Source of the DNA: a virus
Lineage: Duplodnaviria > Heunggongvirae > Uroviricota > Caudoviricetes
Length of the DNA stretch: 64,000 nt
Strand: one strand, 5' to 3'
Virus record (IMG/VR): IMGVR_UViG_3300017987_000047
The notes under the pieces are model-generated. The model made no database searches. It had not been told where the DNA came from and saw only the letters and a program-made list of their open reading frames with translations. A program made the translations under genes and the position numbers. Below, one piece after another: positions 1 through 9,111 of this stretch (position 1 is the first letter of the stretch; every line of letters begins with the position of its first letter).

Positions 1-2
1 AA

Positions 3-212
3 GATAAAATATTCGAAACGCTTGATGATGCTTTAGTTACCGCTATCAAGAGGCTAAATTCTCGCCGACGAGAAATTTTCTTATTGAGAACATTAGTAGA
101 GCTTGATTACGAAATGCTTGCTAGCCGATATAAGCTCTCGGTGGGAGCAGTTAAAAAAGAAGTGTTTTATGCGAAAAAAGAAATTAAAGAAACGCTTGGG
201 GAGCCTAGTTAA
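3..212 (+). CDS. ECF-type RNA polymerase sigma factor, C-terminal fragment (region 4), 5'-truncated by window
   Basis: Frame 3 translation ...LNSRRREIFLLRTLVELDYEMLASRYKLSVGAVKKEVFYAKKEIKETL matches sigma-70 region 4 HTH pattern; stop TAA 210-212. Confidence 0.55.
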   Translation, partial: DKIFETLDDALVTAIKRLNSRRREIFLLRTLVELDYEMLASRYKLSVGAVKKEVFYAKKEIKETLGEPS

Positions 213-522
213 AGATAGGCAAGTATTTCTTTGCCCAGAAACGAACGGCCCCATGTTTATGTGTTAGCAAGGTATAGGGGTCAATAACATTTATATTATG
301 ATGCAGAGTTAGCATTGTAAAGGTTGAGCCATATATAACATCTTTTTGATTTCCTCTAAGAAACCCAACTTTTTCAGGAATATCAAAGAGGTAACCAACC
401 TGGACAAAATATTTCTTTGTTAGATAGATGAAATCTTCGCCCTTGACAAAGGGGGACGATAGCAAATGATATATTTTGCCAAACTCTATTATAATATTAC
501 AGTTCTCATTTAAGCTCTTCAT
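205..522 (-). CDS. LTH-tail family protein (C-term LLTHKHGAVRFWAKKYL)
   Basis: 105 aa ORF ending with family tail motif; isolated minus-strand member. Confidence 0.5.
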   Translation of the reverse strand: MKSLNENCNIIIEFGKIYHLLSSPFVKGEDFIYLTKKYFVQVGYLFDIPEKVGFLRGNQKDVIYGSTFTMLTLHHNINVIDPYTLLTHKHGAVRFWAKKYLPIFN

Positions 523-593
523 TTTTCTTGAGGGGCTGAGTTTTACTCTTACAGAATAAGTTACACTTTATTCAATCAAAAGGAAACGGAAAA

Positions 594-884
594 ATGAAAC
601 TCGGAACGCTAGTTGCAGTGAATCTCAACCACCTGGAAAAGGTACTCGGCAAAGTTGTTGAAAGAGGGATTTCTGAGGAAGAGCTTATTATAGCAACCCC
701 AAGTGGGGTAAAGACAAAAGCTCTAAGGAGCCAACTTGAAGCTTTAGATAAAGATAAAAACCAGGAAGAGTTGAATCAATTAAGAATGCACGAACAGGAT
801 ATTATACTAAAAGGTATTTTCCCTCTTTATGGGCGGAATCTAGTTTTGGATGAAGGTTTCTACCCAGACAACTACATGGAGTAA
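594..884 (+). CDS. hypothetical protein
   Basis: 96 aa ORF, stop TAA 882-884 just before next start. Confidence 0.4.
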   Translation: MKLGTLVAVNLNHLEKVLGKVVERGISEEELIIATPSGVKTKALRSQLEALDKDKNQEELNQLRMHEQDIILKGIFPLYGRNLVLDEGFYPDNYME

Positions 885-888
885 CCCA

Positions 889-1302
889 ATGAAGCTTGCT
901 ATTATCATGCGTGGTTTGCCCGGTTCGGGAAAAAGCACTTTGGCCCAGGAACTGGCGACCAAAGCCGAAACTTCAGCAATTTGTTCGGCAGACGACTTCT
1001 TTGTTGTTGCGGGGGAATACAAATTCAACCCCAATTGGCTACCGAGAGCACACCAGACCTGTAAAGATAAGTTTAAGTCCCACCTTCGAAAAGGGACTGA
1101 AATAGTTATCGTTGATAACACCAATACCCGAAAGTGGGAATTTGCCGAGTACGTGAAGATGGCTAAGGCCCACAACTATAAGGTGGAAATCAAAACACCT
1201 CAAACCGACTGGGCTTTTGACCCGGAAGAATGTGCAAAGAAAAATTCCCACGGGGTTCCCGCAGAAGCGATCCAGCGGATGAAAGATCGCTGGGAAGACT
1301 AA
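889..1302 (+). CDS. P-loop NTPase, polynucleotide-kinase/AAA_33-like kinase
   Basis: Walker A GLPGSGKST, Walker-B-like IVIVDNTNT; ATG 889 preceded by GGAG; chosen over overlapping ATG 850. Confidence 0.7.
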   Translation: MKLAIIMRGLPGSGKSTLAQELATKAETSAICSADDFFVVAGEYKFNPNWLPRAHQTCKDKFKSHLRKGTEIVIVDNTNTRKWEFAEYVKMAKAHNYKVEIKTPQTDWAFDPEECAKKNSHGVPAEAIQRMKDRWED

Positions 1303-1314
1303 GTACAAAAGCCT

Positions 1315-1650
1315 GTGTCTCTCTTAACCCAACCTGGAGATGAAATAATGTCAGACCAATACGATCCTCTTGGAATTGAATTGCTTCATGCTAACGCTTT
1401 GGAAAAGTTTAAGGAACACCAACAAAAAGAATCCGGGATTGAGGCTTTGCAATCGCTAAGAGACTCTTATCTCTGGCTCGTAGAGCAACTTTTTTCTCTT
1501 CAAACCGCTTTAGCAAAGAGAGTTGATAAAACAGCGATAATGAAAGAAATCCTGGAGAGGTTTAGTAACGGTTTAGACGCCGAGCAGTTTGACGCAGACG
1601 AATGGGGCCCAACGCTTGAAGCGATTGAGAATATTTTTAAGAGCTATTAA
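1315..1650 (+). CDS. hypothetical protein
   Basis: 111 aa ORF, acidic/helical. Confidence 0.4.
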   Translation: MSLLTQPGDEIMSDQYDPLGIELLHANALEKFKEHQQKESGIEALQSLRDSYLWLVEQLFSLQTALAKRVDKTAIMKEILERFSNGLDAEQFDADEWGPTLEAIENIFKSY

Positions 1651-2147
1651 TCCTTAACCTTAATATCCCGCATACAACGGAATTTTTCATCTAGGTCCAT
1701 TCCATAACCCAAAACAAAACGATCCGGGATTTCAAACCCGACAAAATCAGGGGTAAATGGAATAACTCGTCTAGATGGTTTACTCAGTAAAACCGCTGTT
1801 AAAATTTCTTTAGCTCCCGCTTCCCTCAACTTTCGGGCTAGAGTTGAAAGGGTTAGACCCGTATCGATAATATCATCGAGCAACAAAATGGTCTTTTGAG
1901 AAACATCTGGGAATTCCCCAATTTGGATATCGCCCGTAGATTCTTCTCCTTCATAAGACCTAGCTTTGATAAACTCTAACTCGTAGTCTTCCATGTTAAG
2001 TTCTTGCATTAAGTCAGAGCAAAAGAACGCAGCTCCTTTTAGAAGGGCTAAAACCAACACGTCCTTATCTTGCAACTTAGGTAATATTCGCCTAGCAAGG
2101 CTTCTGATTCGAGCTTTTATATCATCATTACTAATAAATGTTCTCAT
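1647..2147 (-). CDS. hpt: hypoxanthine-guanine phosphoribosyltransferase
   Basis: PRTase motif VLLLDDIIDTGLTLS and HGPRT-like N-terminus VLVLALLKGAAFFCSDL. Confidence 0.85.
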   Translation of the reverse strand: MRTFISNDDIKARIRSLARRILPKLQDKDVLVLALLKGAAFFCSDLMQELNMEDYELEFIKARSYEGEESTGDIQIGEFPDVSQKTILLLDDIIDTGLTLSTLARKLREAGAKEILTAVLLSKPSRRVIPFTPDFVGFEIPDRFVLGYGMDLDEKFRCMRDIKVKD

Positions 2148-2205
2148 AAGTAAATCCCCACAGTAAATTTAAGTATATAACTATTACTACCGAAGAGGAG
2201 AAAGC

Positions 2206-3636
2206 ATGAATAAGAACCGAGAAAAAAGTAAGAAAGTGGCTTGTGACTTCTCTTCGAGAAGTTCCCCCCTTTTTCTTAAAACCAAGATGTTTAAAGCAGC
2301 AAACTATATCTTTGAAAAGTTAAATGCTGCTGGGCACTCCACTTATTTCGCGGGTGGTTGTGTGCGGGATTCAATCCTAAAACTATCTATTAATGATATC
2401 GATATTGCCACTTCAGCAACCCCAGACGAAGTCCAAAAGCTTTTCAGGAAGTCTAAGGCGGTAGGGGCATCCTTCGGGGTTGTGCTTATTGATATTGATT
2501 CCATTCCGTTTGAAGTTGCTACTTTTAGGACTGATAGCTCTTATTCTGACGGGAGGCACCCCGATAAAGTAGAATACAGCAATGATCCCAAGATAGATAT
2601 CCAACGTAGGGACTTCACAATCAACGGTCTTTTCTATGATGCTAAAACCGACGAAGTCCTTGATGTTGTGGGGGGTGTTAAAGACCTGGAAGCCGGAAAG
2701 GTGCGAGCAATTGGTAACCCGGAAGAAAGGTTTGCAGAAGATTACCTCCGGATGTTACGTGCTGTTCGGTTTGCTGCACGGTTTGGATTTGATATTGAGG
2801 ACGAAACTCTGTTAGCAATTCGAGGGAATGCCCATAAAATAAATGACTTAGCCGCCGAAAGGGTTAAAGCGGAGCTTACTAAAATTTGGGCCGGACCCAA
2901 CCCTCACTATGCTCTAGATCTACTTCGGACAACTGGGCTTCTCCAAGAAATATTACCGGAAGTCGCAGCTCTAGAGGGGGTGGAGCAGCCAAAGAAATTC
3001 CACCCCGAGGGTGATGTTTATAATCATACATACTTTGCATTGAAAGCCATGTGGGAGGATTTGGGAGCTGATGTTTCTCCCACCCTTGCCTGGGGAGTTT
3101 TACTCCACGACATTGGCAAACCACGGACTGCTAAGATAAATAGGAGTGGCCGGGTCAGTTTTAATGGGCATGACCACGTTGGTGCGAAAATGGCAGAAAG
3201 GGTTTGTGAGCGTTTGAAATTTTCAAATGAAGAACGAGATTTAATTATTACCTTAGTCCGCAACCATATGAAATTCTTGGTTGCCCGTAATATGAAAACC
3301 GTAACTCTTAAGAAGTTTTTACGAACTGAGGGTTTTGATCAACTCTTACAATTACATAAATATGATTCACTGTCGGGAATCGGGGACCTTTCAAACTATG
3401 AATATACTCAACAAAAACTCGATGCTTTTGAAGCAGGCACCCTCCAAGACGGCCTCAGGCCGAAAATTCTCTTAAATGGCGAAAATTTGAAGGAATTGGG
3501 GTACGAACCGGGGCCCATGTTTGGCAAGTTCATTCGTGCTTTAGAGGACAAACAACTAAACGAAGAGATTAAGACTAAAGAAGAAGCAATTGGTTTTGCG
3601 CGAGTATACCTTGGGAAGGGTAAGAAGAATGTATAA
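2206..3636 (+). CDS. cca: CCA-adding tRNA nucleotidyltransferase / poly(A) polymerase family with HD domain
   Basis: GGCVRD...IDIAT nucleotidyltransferase motifs, HD region LLHDIGKP; strong RBS GAGGAG before ATG 2206. Confidence 0.85.
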   Translation: MNKNREKSKKVACDFSSRSSPLFLKTKMFKAANYIFEKLNAAGHSTYFAGGCVRDSILKLSINDIDIATSATPDEVQKLFRKSKAVGASFGVVLIDIDSIPFEVATFRTDSSYSDGRHPDKVEYSNDPKIDIQRRDFTINGLFYDAKTDEVLDVVGGVKDLEAGKVRAIGNPEERFAEDYLRMLRAVRFAARFGFDIEDETLLAIRGNAHKINDLAAERVKAELTKIWAGPNPHYALDLLRTTGLLQEILPEVAALEGVEQPKKFHPEGDVYNHTYFALKAMWEDLGADVSPTLAWGVLLHDIGKPRTAKINRSGRVSFNGHDHVGAKMAERVCERLKFSNEERDLIITLVRNHMKFLVARNMKTVTLKKFLRTEGFDQLLQLHKYDSLSGIGDLSNYEYTQQKLDAFEAGTLQDGLRPKILLNGENLKELGYEPGPMFGKFIRALEDKQLNEEIKTKEEAIGFARVYLGKGKKNV

Positions 3637-4678
3637 ATTGCGAACCATCGCTGGGGATGAAGTAGCACTCTCTCTAGACAACCCCCTAAACCTTCTCGCT
3701 GAAATAAATAACGAATTGCGGGAAGAGGATATTCTTAAATGGGCTAAGCAAAATGATAAAAGTTTGCAACTCGCGAGATGTTTAGGAAAATTAGGCACTA
3801 CCAAATTCTACCTCACCTCCCTTAGAACTGGTATGGCGGTCGATTTGCTTCTCCCTCTTTTATCGGAAAAACTTCCTGCTAAGGTCATAGCAAAACTTCT
3901 AAAAGTTTGTGCCTTCTGCTCCGTAAACGATTCAAGGGTATTAAATCAGAGAATTAGAAGGTTTGCGACAAAATACTTGGGGAAAGAGGATGCGGCCTAC
4001 GACTTTGTTCTTCAAAAAAAGAGAAAAACTATTTCTCCCGACCTTTTCCTTGAAACTTTTAAGGACATTTCAAAGGAATTCCGGGAATTCCTTCGATCCT
4101 ACCCCTATCTCTTTGAAGGTTATCTTGAAAGGTTAACTACTGCATCAGAAAAAGAAACAAATTCTATTGTTGGGGCACTGGAAAATATTTTTGAGGAAGG
4201 AATCAAAGAAAGTTACCCGAATACACTTACTATCGGCGTTTTAATTAAAAATAAGCGAGTCGTTCTAACGAAAAAAACGGTGGAGTTAAGGCTTAAGGCT
4301 CTTTTAAATGGAAAATGGATAGCGTACTGTCATAAATTTCTTGATGCCTATTTACGACAATATCGTCCAGAGTTCGTAAAAAAGAACATGGACTATGTTG
4401 ATAAAATTACTGTTCAGGTAATTCAAAAAGGCGATAAGAAAAATAAGGCGGCGATTCAATCAGCAGTCAAGAGGGTGAATAACCCTCGTACCCTAGTTAG
4501 CTTATTCACCCATACGGATCAAGTAATCCGAAAGATTGCGAAGCAAACAATTAAAAAGGGTAAAGCAGAGTTTATATATGAAGCCCTTAAGCAAAGAGTT
4601 AAAGAAGAGGTAGATCTCAATTGGGAAGAAATCCTTTCAACTGAAATTTACGAGCTTTTAACCTCTAAAGAGTTTTAG
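3629..4678 (+). CDS. LTH-motif family protein, long member (motif internal: LFTHTDQVIRKIAKQTIKKG)
   Basis: ATG 3629 overlaps cca stop; motif 45 aa before C-terminus. Confidence 0.5.
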   Translation: MYKLRTIAGDEVALSLDNPLNLLAEINNELREEDILKWAKQNDKSLQLARCLGKLGTTKFYLTSLRTGMAVDLLLPLLSEKLPAKVIAKLLKVCAFCSVNDSRVLNQRIRRFATKYLGKEDAAYDFVLQKKRKTISPDLFLETFKDISKEFREFLRSYPYLFEGYLERLTTASEKETNSIVGALENIFEEGIKESYPNTLTIGVLIKNKRVVLTKKTVELRLKALLNGKWIAYCHKFLDAYLRQYRPEFVKKNMDYVDKITVQVIQKGDKKNKAAIQSAVKRVNNPRTLVSLFTHTDQVIRKIAKQTIKKGKAEFIYEALKQRVKEEVDLNWEEILSTEIYELLTSKEF

Positions 4679-4734
4679 CATCAAACGAAGAACAAAAAAA
4701 ATTCAATATATATAAATAACTAAAGGGTAACCGC

Positions 4735-5013
4735 TTGCCATTCTCTTTTAAATGGAGGCAAGTTATGACGTACCGAGAAGAAGAATTACGAACAAGGATA
4801 GACGGAATTCAAAGGCTTGAGGCGAAAGCTAAATGCCCAGAATACCGACGGATTCTCCAAGAACGGAGGTACCGGGTTGAGCGCTCGCTTAATTCCGAGC
4901 GCAGACGAGCTATCTTTTTAGTAAAGGATACAGAATGCCAAATTTTGAATAAAGTGATTCTTGCAATGGTATTTTTAGGGGTTTGTTTTCTGTTATTCTA
5001 TTTTGGGAAATAA
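4735..5013 (+). CDS. hypothetical small protein with C-terminal TM segment
   Basis: 92 aa ORF, hydrophobic tail VILAMVFLGVCFLLFYF. Confidence 0.3.
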   Translation: MPFSFKWRQVMTYREEELRTRIDGIQRLEAKAKCPEYRRILQERRYRVERSLNSERRRAIFLVKDTECQILNKVILAMVFLGVCFLLFYFGK

Positions 5014-5018
5014 CCACA

Positions 5019-5435
5019 ATGAAAAGTATCTACTACCGGAAGGGGTGGTGGGAAAAACTTTCTGGCACATCTCGCAAACAAATCCGAGATTTATCCTTCC
5101 GCTCTGAGGGCGACTTTTGTGCCTCGATTATGGAAGACCCGCCTTATATTATAAGGCTATTTAACCAGTCAAAACTAATTGGCTGGGTGGCGTATTTTCC
5201 CAACCTCAACGAAATTAATACATATATTCGCAAGTCCGAAAGGCGCAAAGGACATGGACGGCGTCTTATGAAAAGGATGGCGGCGTTTTTGGAAGAAAGA
5301 AACAAGAGAAACAAGAAAGGGTTACCAATCGTTTGGAATTGGGATGCTACAAGTGGCCCGTTCTTCCACACCTTGAGCCAGGAACTGGGAAACCAAAAAA
5401 CCTTCCTAATTCGAAATGCGGACCCTTTCCCCTAG
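5019..5435 (+). CDS. GNAT-family N-acetyltransferase (putative)
   Basis: Motif A-like RRKGHGRRLMKRMAAFL; ATG 5019 follows upstream stop 5011-5013. Confidence 0.5.
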   Translation: MKSIYYRKGWWEKLSGTSRKQIRDLSFRSEGDFCASIMEDPPYIIRLFNQSKLIGWVAYFPNLNEINTYIRKSERRKGHGRRLMKRMAAFLEERNKRNKKGLPIVWNWDATSGPFFHTLSQELGNQKTFLIRNADPFP

Positions 5436-5487
5436 TGCGTTCCCTGCATGGTGCTATGAAGTGCCGATCTTTAAGGAGAGATGACTC

Positions 5488-5988
5488 ATGAGTTGGAAAT
5501 CGCTTGAGACCGCTGCTGAGCGTGGCCCGATCCGGTTAGGGTGTGCGATCATTGTTGTTGTGGCGGTGTTGGGAGGCATCGTCGGCATCCTTGGGTATGG
5601 GTGTGGCCTTTTTGGGGAAGCGGCGAGTGTGACCCAAGAGGAATTCGGGCCGAGAGCACTGCTCGAAAAGTACGAGCTTTTCAAAGATATGCATGCCCAG
5701 CTCGACAGCAAACTCGCCTCTATTGAGGTCTACCGCCAGAGGGTAACTCGGTTTGAGGAAGATTTTGCAGATGTCCCTCGGCCCGAGTGGGATCGGCATG
5801 CTCGGTCTGAGTACGATTTGCTTACGGCGGAATTGACAGGAATGGTCGCCGCATATAACAGCCTTGCAGCCGAGTACAACGCAGCAATGGCAAAGTTTAA
5901 CTACCGTTTCTGTAACACAGGAACTTTACCGGAGGGAGCTACCCAAACATTGCCAAGGGAAGTTGCGCCGTACGAATACGGGTATTAA
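5488..5988 (+). CDS. LemA-like membrane protein (putative)
   Basis: N-terminal TM AIIVVVAVLGGIVGILGY, C-terminal ...AYNSLAAEYNAAMAKFNYRF pattern reminiscent of LemA. Confidence 0.4.
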   Translation: MSWKSLETAAERGPIRLGCAIIVVVAVLGGIVGILGYGCGLFGEAASVTQEEFGPRALLEKYELFKDMHAQLDSKLASIEVYRQRVTRFEEDFADVPRPEWDRHARSEYDLLTAELTGMVAAYNSLAAEYNAAMAKFNYRFCNTGTLPEGATQTLPREVAPYEYGY

Positions 5989-6039
5989 ACACGCCCGTTG
6001 TCCTGCTACCCGTTTTATCTTTCCCAAAAGGAAATCCCA

Positions 6040-6609
6040 ATGCGCACCTCAACTTTCTTTTTCCTCCTAGCCCTCGTCTGTTCCTTGTTTATGCTCAGCT
6101 GCGACGAAGGGTCTAAGGATGGGCCTGTTTCGCGAACAAACGTTTCTCAGGCCACTGCGAACATCCCGGTCGGGTCCGATGGGCTGACGACCGAACAACG
6201 AAATATTCGACAGCGCCTAGAGATGGACAACACGCCTGGCAGTATCAAACATCTTTATATCATCAGCGCAATGTCTGGGCAGGTAATCCTTTACAGCACT
6301 GTTGCTGGGAAAGTTACTTCGTCTGGCAAGCGCCTCAGCCCATACGGGGTTGTTGCTACTGATGGACAGCACGTCGATAGCGAGCACCAGGGAATCCCAG
6401 TTAGTATTGGAGGCGAGACCCACCACACGTCTGAAGTTCTTCAAGACGATGGGACCTATGGGCACAGCATTCCTTATCTCTATTGGTGGGACCAGCGGGG
6501 TGTTTATCATCAACATTATGTTACCGGCGGGCAGATCGTGCACATTGGAAACGAACCGCTACGAGTCGGAGAAATCATCATCAATATCGAAGAGATGGCG
6601 AGCGAATAA
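6040..6609 (+). CDS. lipoprotein (signal peptide with lipobox LSC)
   Basis: MRTSTFFFLLALVCSLFMLSCDEG; ATG 6040 with upstream AAAGGAAA. Confidence 0.55.
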   Translation: MRTSTFFFLLALVCSLFMLSCDEGSKDGPVSRTNVSQATANIPVGSDGLTTEQRNIRQRLEMDNTPGSIKHLYIISAMSGQVILYSTVAGKVTSSGKRLSPYGVVATDGQHVDSEHQGIPVSIGGETHHTSEVLQDDGTYGHSIPYLYWWDQRGVYHQHYVTGGQIVHIGNEPLRVGEIIINIEEMASE

Positions 6610-6689
6610 TTCTCGCTTTCCATCAAAAACCCTGACCAGTCTTGGGTATTAAAGACTGGAGCTATGATCCCTAACCGGAGGAGCTGAAA

Positions 6690-6977
6690 ATGGCACAACA
6701 ACCGCAAGAAACGAAGTCGAAGGGCCGGCCTGACCCCAATCTTTGGAGTCCAGTGAAGGAGCTTCTGTCGCCCCCTCTTCCCAAAACCCCCAAGTGGAGC
6801 AAATTGTCCGTTAAGGACAAGCTCGCCTACTGGAACACGCGTCTGAAGGTGATCGCGAAACGAGAATCCGCAGGGATGTCTTGCACCCGCGAAAAGGCGC
6901 GGGTTAACAAGCGCATCGACGAACTAAAAGGCGCGGGGAAGCGTGAAAAGAAGGTGGAAGAAGAGGCGCAGGAATAG
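6690..6977 (+). CDS. hypothetical basic protein
   Basis: 95 aa, Lys/Arg-rich. Confidence 0.35.
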   Translation: MAQQPQETKSKGRPDPNLWSPVKELLSPPLPKTPKWSKLSVKDKLAYWNTRLKVIAKRESAGMSCTREKARVNKRIDELKGAGKREKKVEEEAQE

Positions 6978-7042
6978 AAAGATTTGACAACGTAGTTTTC
7001 ATCTCGATATACTTCTAAGATTCTTTCTCTACGTTGTCGGTT

Positions 7043-7114
7043 AAGCCGGTAGCTCAATTGGTTAGAGCGTCTGTCTTCCGGCGGATGATATGGGTTCGAA
7101 CCCCACCCGGCTTA
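7043..7114 (+). tRNA. tRNA-like gene, anticodon arm aberrant (anticodon not confidently assignable; possibly UUC/CCG), no encoded CCA
   Basis: Acceptor AAGCCGG/CCGGCTT, D-arm GCTC-AATTGGTTA-GAGC, T-arm ATGGG-TTCGAAC-CCCAC; anticodon stem only with G-U pairs. Confidence 0.45.
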
Positions 7115-7164
7115 TTTCAAAAAATTCCGGTTCACCTAACTTGGGTTTCTTAGGGTTAAAACAA

Positions 7165-7593
7165 ATGAAGCACTCAACGATCTGGCATGAAATTCCTCCG
7201 GAAGACACGGGCGCGATGAAGTGGCATACATTTCCGAAGTGGCTGGAAAAGGCACTCCGGAAATGGGCACGAAAAAATCTCGGTTTCTTCAAAAGCTTGT
7301 GGAGCACCCCCCAAGGCTTATTCGATCAACTGATTTTGGGTATCAACCACGAACACGGGATACCCGAATTTCATTGGCTTGATCATTGGGGAGCATCCAT
7401 CGCTGAAATCGATGGGGAAGTGTTAGACGTACTTTCTACCGAACCTTATACCCATTCCGATACCGAAGCAGGGTATAAGGCTTTTGCGGAAAGGCTTGAA
7501 CTTGAATACCGAGAAGTTTCTCCTGGGATTTACTTCCCGGGAGGAAAGAGATGTGTCTTTTATGAAAAACGTAGTTTAACTATCGCTTTTTAG
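7165..7593 (+). CDS. hypothetical protein
   Basis: ATG 7165 chosen over ATG 7090 that lies inside the tRNA T-arm (MGSNP artefact). Confidence 0.4.
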   Translation: MKHSTIWHEIPPEDTGAMKWHTFPKWLEKALRKWARKNLGFFKSLWSTPQGLFDQLILGINHEHGIPEFHWLDHWGASIAEIDGEVLDVLSTEPYTHSDTEAGYKAFAERLELEYREVSPGIYFPGGKRCVFYEKRSLTIAF

Positions 7594-7635
7594 TTAACCC
7601 TCTACCATTTAACCTATTCCTTAAAGGAAAAGAAA

Positions 7636-8190
7636 ATGCGTTTATCTTTCCGTATAGCGATTGAAGAAGAAGTAGATGGGGTCGTTCACGCAAAGTGCGT
7701 GAATTTAAAAGAAGCGTTTGTGGAAGAAGCCGATTTTAAAACAGCCCTCTCCAAAATGCAAGAAACAATCGTAGAAAAGGCACAAGCATATATCCAGGCA
7801 GGTGAAAAGGTGCCTTGGGAAAGACCTAAAAAACGAGGGTCGCGTGGAAGTGATGGCGCAAACCAAGTCCTTTGGGCTGACCTTGATAATATAGAAGAGG
7901 ATAACCTTCCCCCTGGAAATGTTATTGTAACTTGTATTTCGTGTGGAAAAAAACTCCACTGTGAGGACGTAGAGGATGATAATGTCCCAACAATCGTCCA
8001 TGACGGGATAATCTGCCAGTCTCATGGAAACTATGGCAGCACTCAATACGATTTAGATGATGGAGAATTAGTCATTTATCTTTGTGACGACTGCTTAGTT
8101 AAGAAGGCTGATATAGTTCGGCATGTCTTATGGAAACAAACTAAAACCGCAGGCCAAGTTCGAACATTCCGGGAACTTAAAACAAGGTAA
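7636..8190 (+). CDS. hypothetical zinc-ribbon protein
   Basis: CISCGKKLHC...CQSHG...CDDC cysteine pairs. Confidence 0.45.
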   Translation: MRLSFRIAIEEEVDGVVHAKCVNLKEAFVEEADFKTALSKMQETIVEKAQAYIQAGEKVPWERPKKRGSRGSDGANQVLWADLDNIEEDNLPPGNVIVTCISCGKKLHCEDVEDDNVPTIVHDGIICQSHGNYGSTQYDLDDGELVIYLCDDCLVKKADIVRHVLWKQTKTAGQVRTFRELKTR

Positions 8191-8194
8191 GAAA

Positions 8195-8509
8195 ATGGCG
8201 AAAAAGAAAGAGGATAGCTGGCTCAGCGAAATACACGGAAGCCTTGAACAGGATAGAAAAAAAAGGGACCAAGACCGCAAGGAATTTAACGAGAAGTTAG
8301 GGAATCCCGATCTTTTTATTTTAGATAATGAAGACCCCTTTGGCGATGAACGCGGGGTAGGGTACTGGCGGGTCGAGGAAGGTATCCTAACCGTTCGACG
8401 CCCGAATATAAAATATGGATTCGACCCCAATACCCAAGAACTTTTGGATGAGGGGTGGATTCTAAAAATGGAAAAGCTTCTAGCGAAAAAACCCCGGTCG
8501 TTTGAATAA
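8195..8509 (+). CDS. hypothetical protein
   Basis: ATG 8195 right after upstream stop 8188-8190. Confidence 0.45.
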   Translation: MAKKKEDSWLSEIHGSLEQDRKKRDQDRKEFNEKLGNPDLFILDNEDPFGDERGVGYWRVEEGILTVRRPNIKYGFDPNTQELLDEGWILKMEKLLAKKPRSFE

Positions 8510-8537
8510 CCCCTCGGAACCCTAAAAGGAGATTAAC

Positions 8538-8888
8538 ATGTCTGGAACTGGCGAATACGAAAAAGTCCTTGACAAAACTGCCGAGCTATGTGACACTGCT
8601 AAACGGTTGATCGCCGCTGGGTATTTCGGCATTTCAATTCATTCTGCTGATGGGCATCGTTGGATTGAAGTTAACGAAGAAGTCGAAACGAATCTCCAGG
8701 AGATGCTATCGCAAGCACAATTAACCCCAATTAGAAGTAAAGTTTACGGCTCTATCCTGGATGCTCTCGACCGGGTTGATGGTGCCCTGAAAACTTTGGG
8801 ACAACTCTCTCTACTCGAGACTTTCGAGAGTTATGATGAATGGGATGCGTGGGGATTAGCTCCCGCTGAAACGGGCCCTGAAAACTAG
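8538..8888 (+). CDS. hypothetical protein
   Basis: 116 aa ORF followed by terminator. Confidence 0.45.
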   Translation: MSGTGEYEKVLDKTAELCDTAKRLIAAGYFGISIHSADGHRWIEVNEEVETNLQEMLSQAQLTPIRSKVYGSILDALDRVDGALKTLGQLSLLETFESYDEWDAWGLAPAETGPEN

Positions 8889-8920
8889 GCCCATTAACAA
8901 TCTACAGCCTAAAAAGAAAA

Positions 8921-8948
8921 AGGAGCCAGTTTCGGCTCCTTTTTCTTT
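8921..8948 (+). terminator. rho-independent terminator
   Basis: AGGAGCC-agtttc-GGCTCCT stem then TTTTCTTT. Confidence 0.6.
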
Positions 8949-9055
8949 GCTTTAATTTTTGCAAGGCCATGAAATTCAAAGGTAATTTTGGGGGCAAGCC
9001 ATTAAAATAGTTCTTTTTTGTTTGCCCCTTGTTTTTTATTTACATTTAAGACAAA

Positions 9056-9090
9056 GCCAAAAAAGGCCCCCAGCTAGGGGCCTTTTTTGT
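9056..9090. terminator. bidirectional rho-independent terminator (GGCCCC/GGGGCC hairpin)
   Basis: AAAAAA-GGCCCC-cagcta-GGGGCC-TTTTTT between convergent genes. Confidence 0.6.
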
Positions 9091-9111
9091 TACCAATGTA
9101 ACCCAATGTAA

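Noticed and set aside
2413-3668. Antisense ORFs (2413..2604, 2879..3124, 3024..3263, 3408..3668) inside the cca gene, and similar antisense ORFs elsewhere
   Set aside because: They are fully nested in confident genes on the opposite strand, have no RBS, and have biased composition. They are shadow ORFs.
8128-8430. Minus-strand ORF beginning MGSNP as a sign of a hidden tRNA
   Set aside because: It has a TTG start, no cloverleaf can be built around the GGTCGAATCC-like stretch, and it lies antisense within a well-supported + strand gene.
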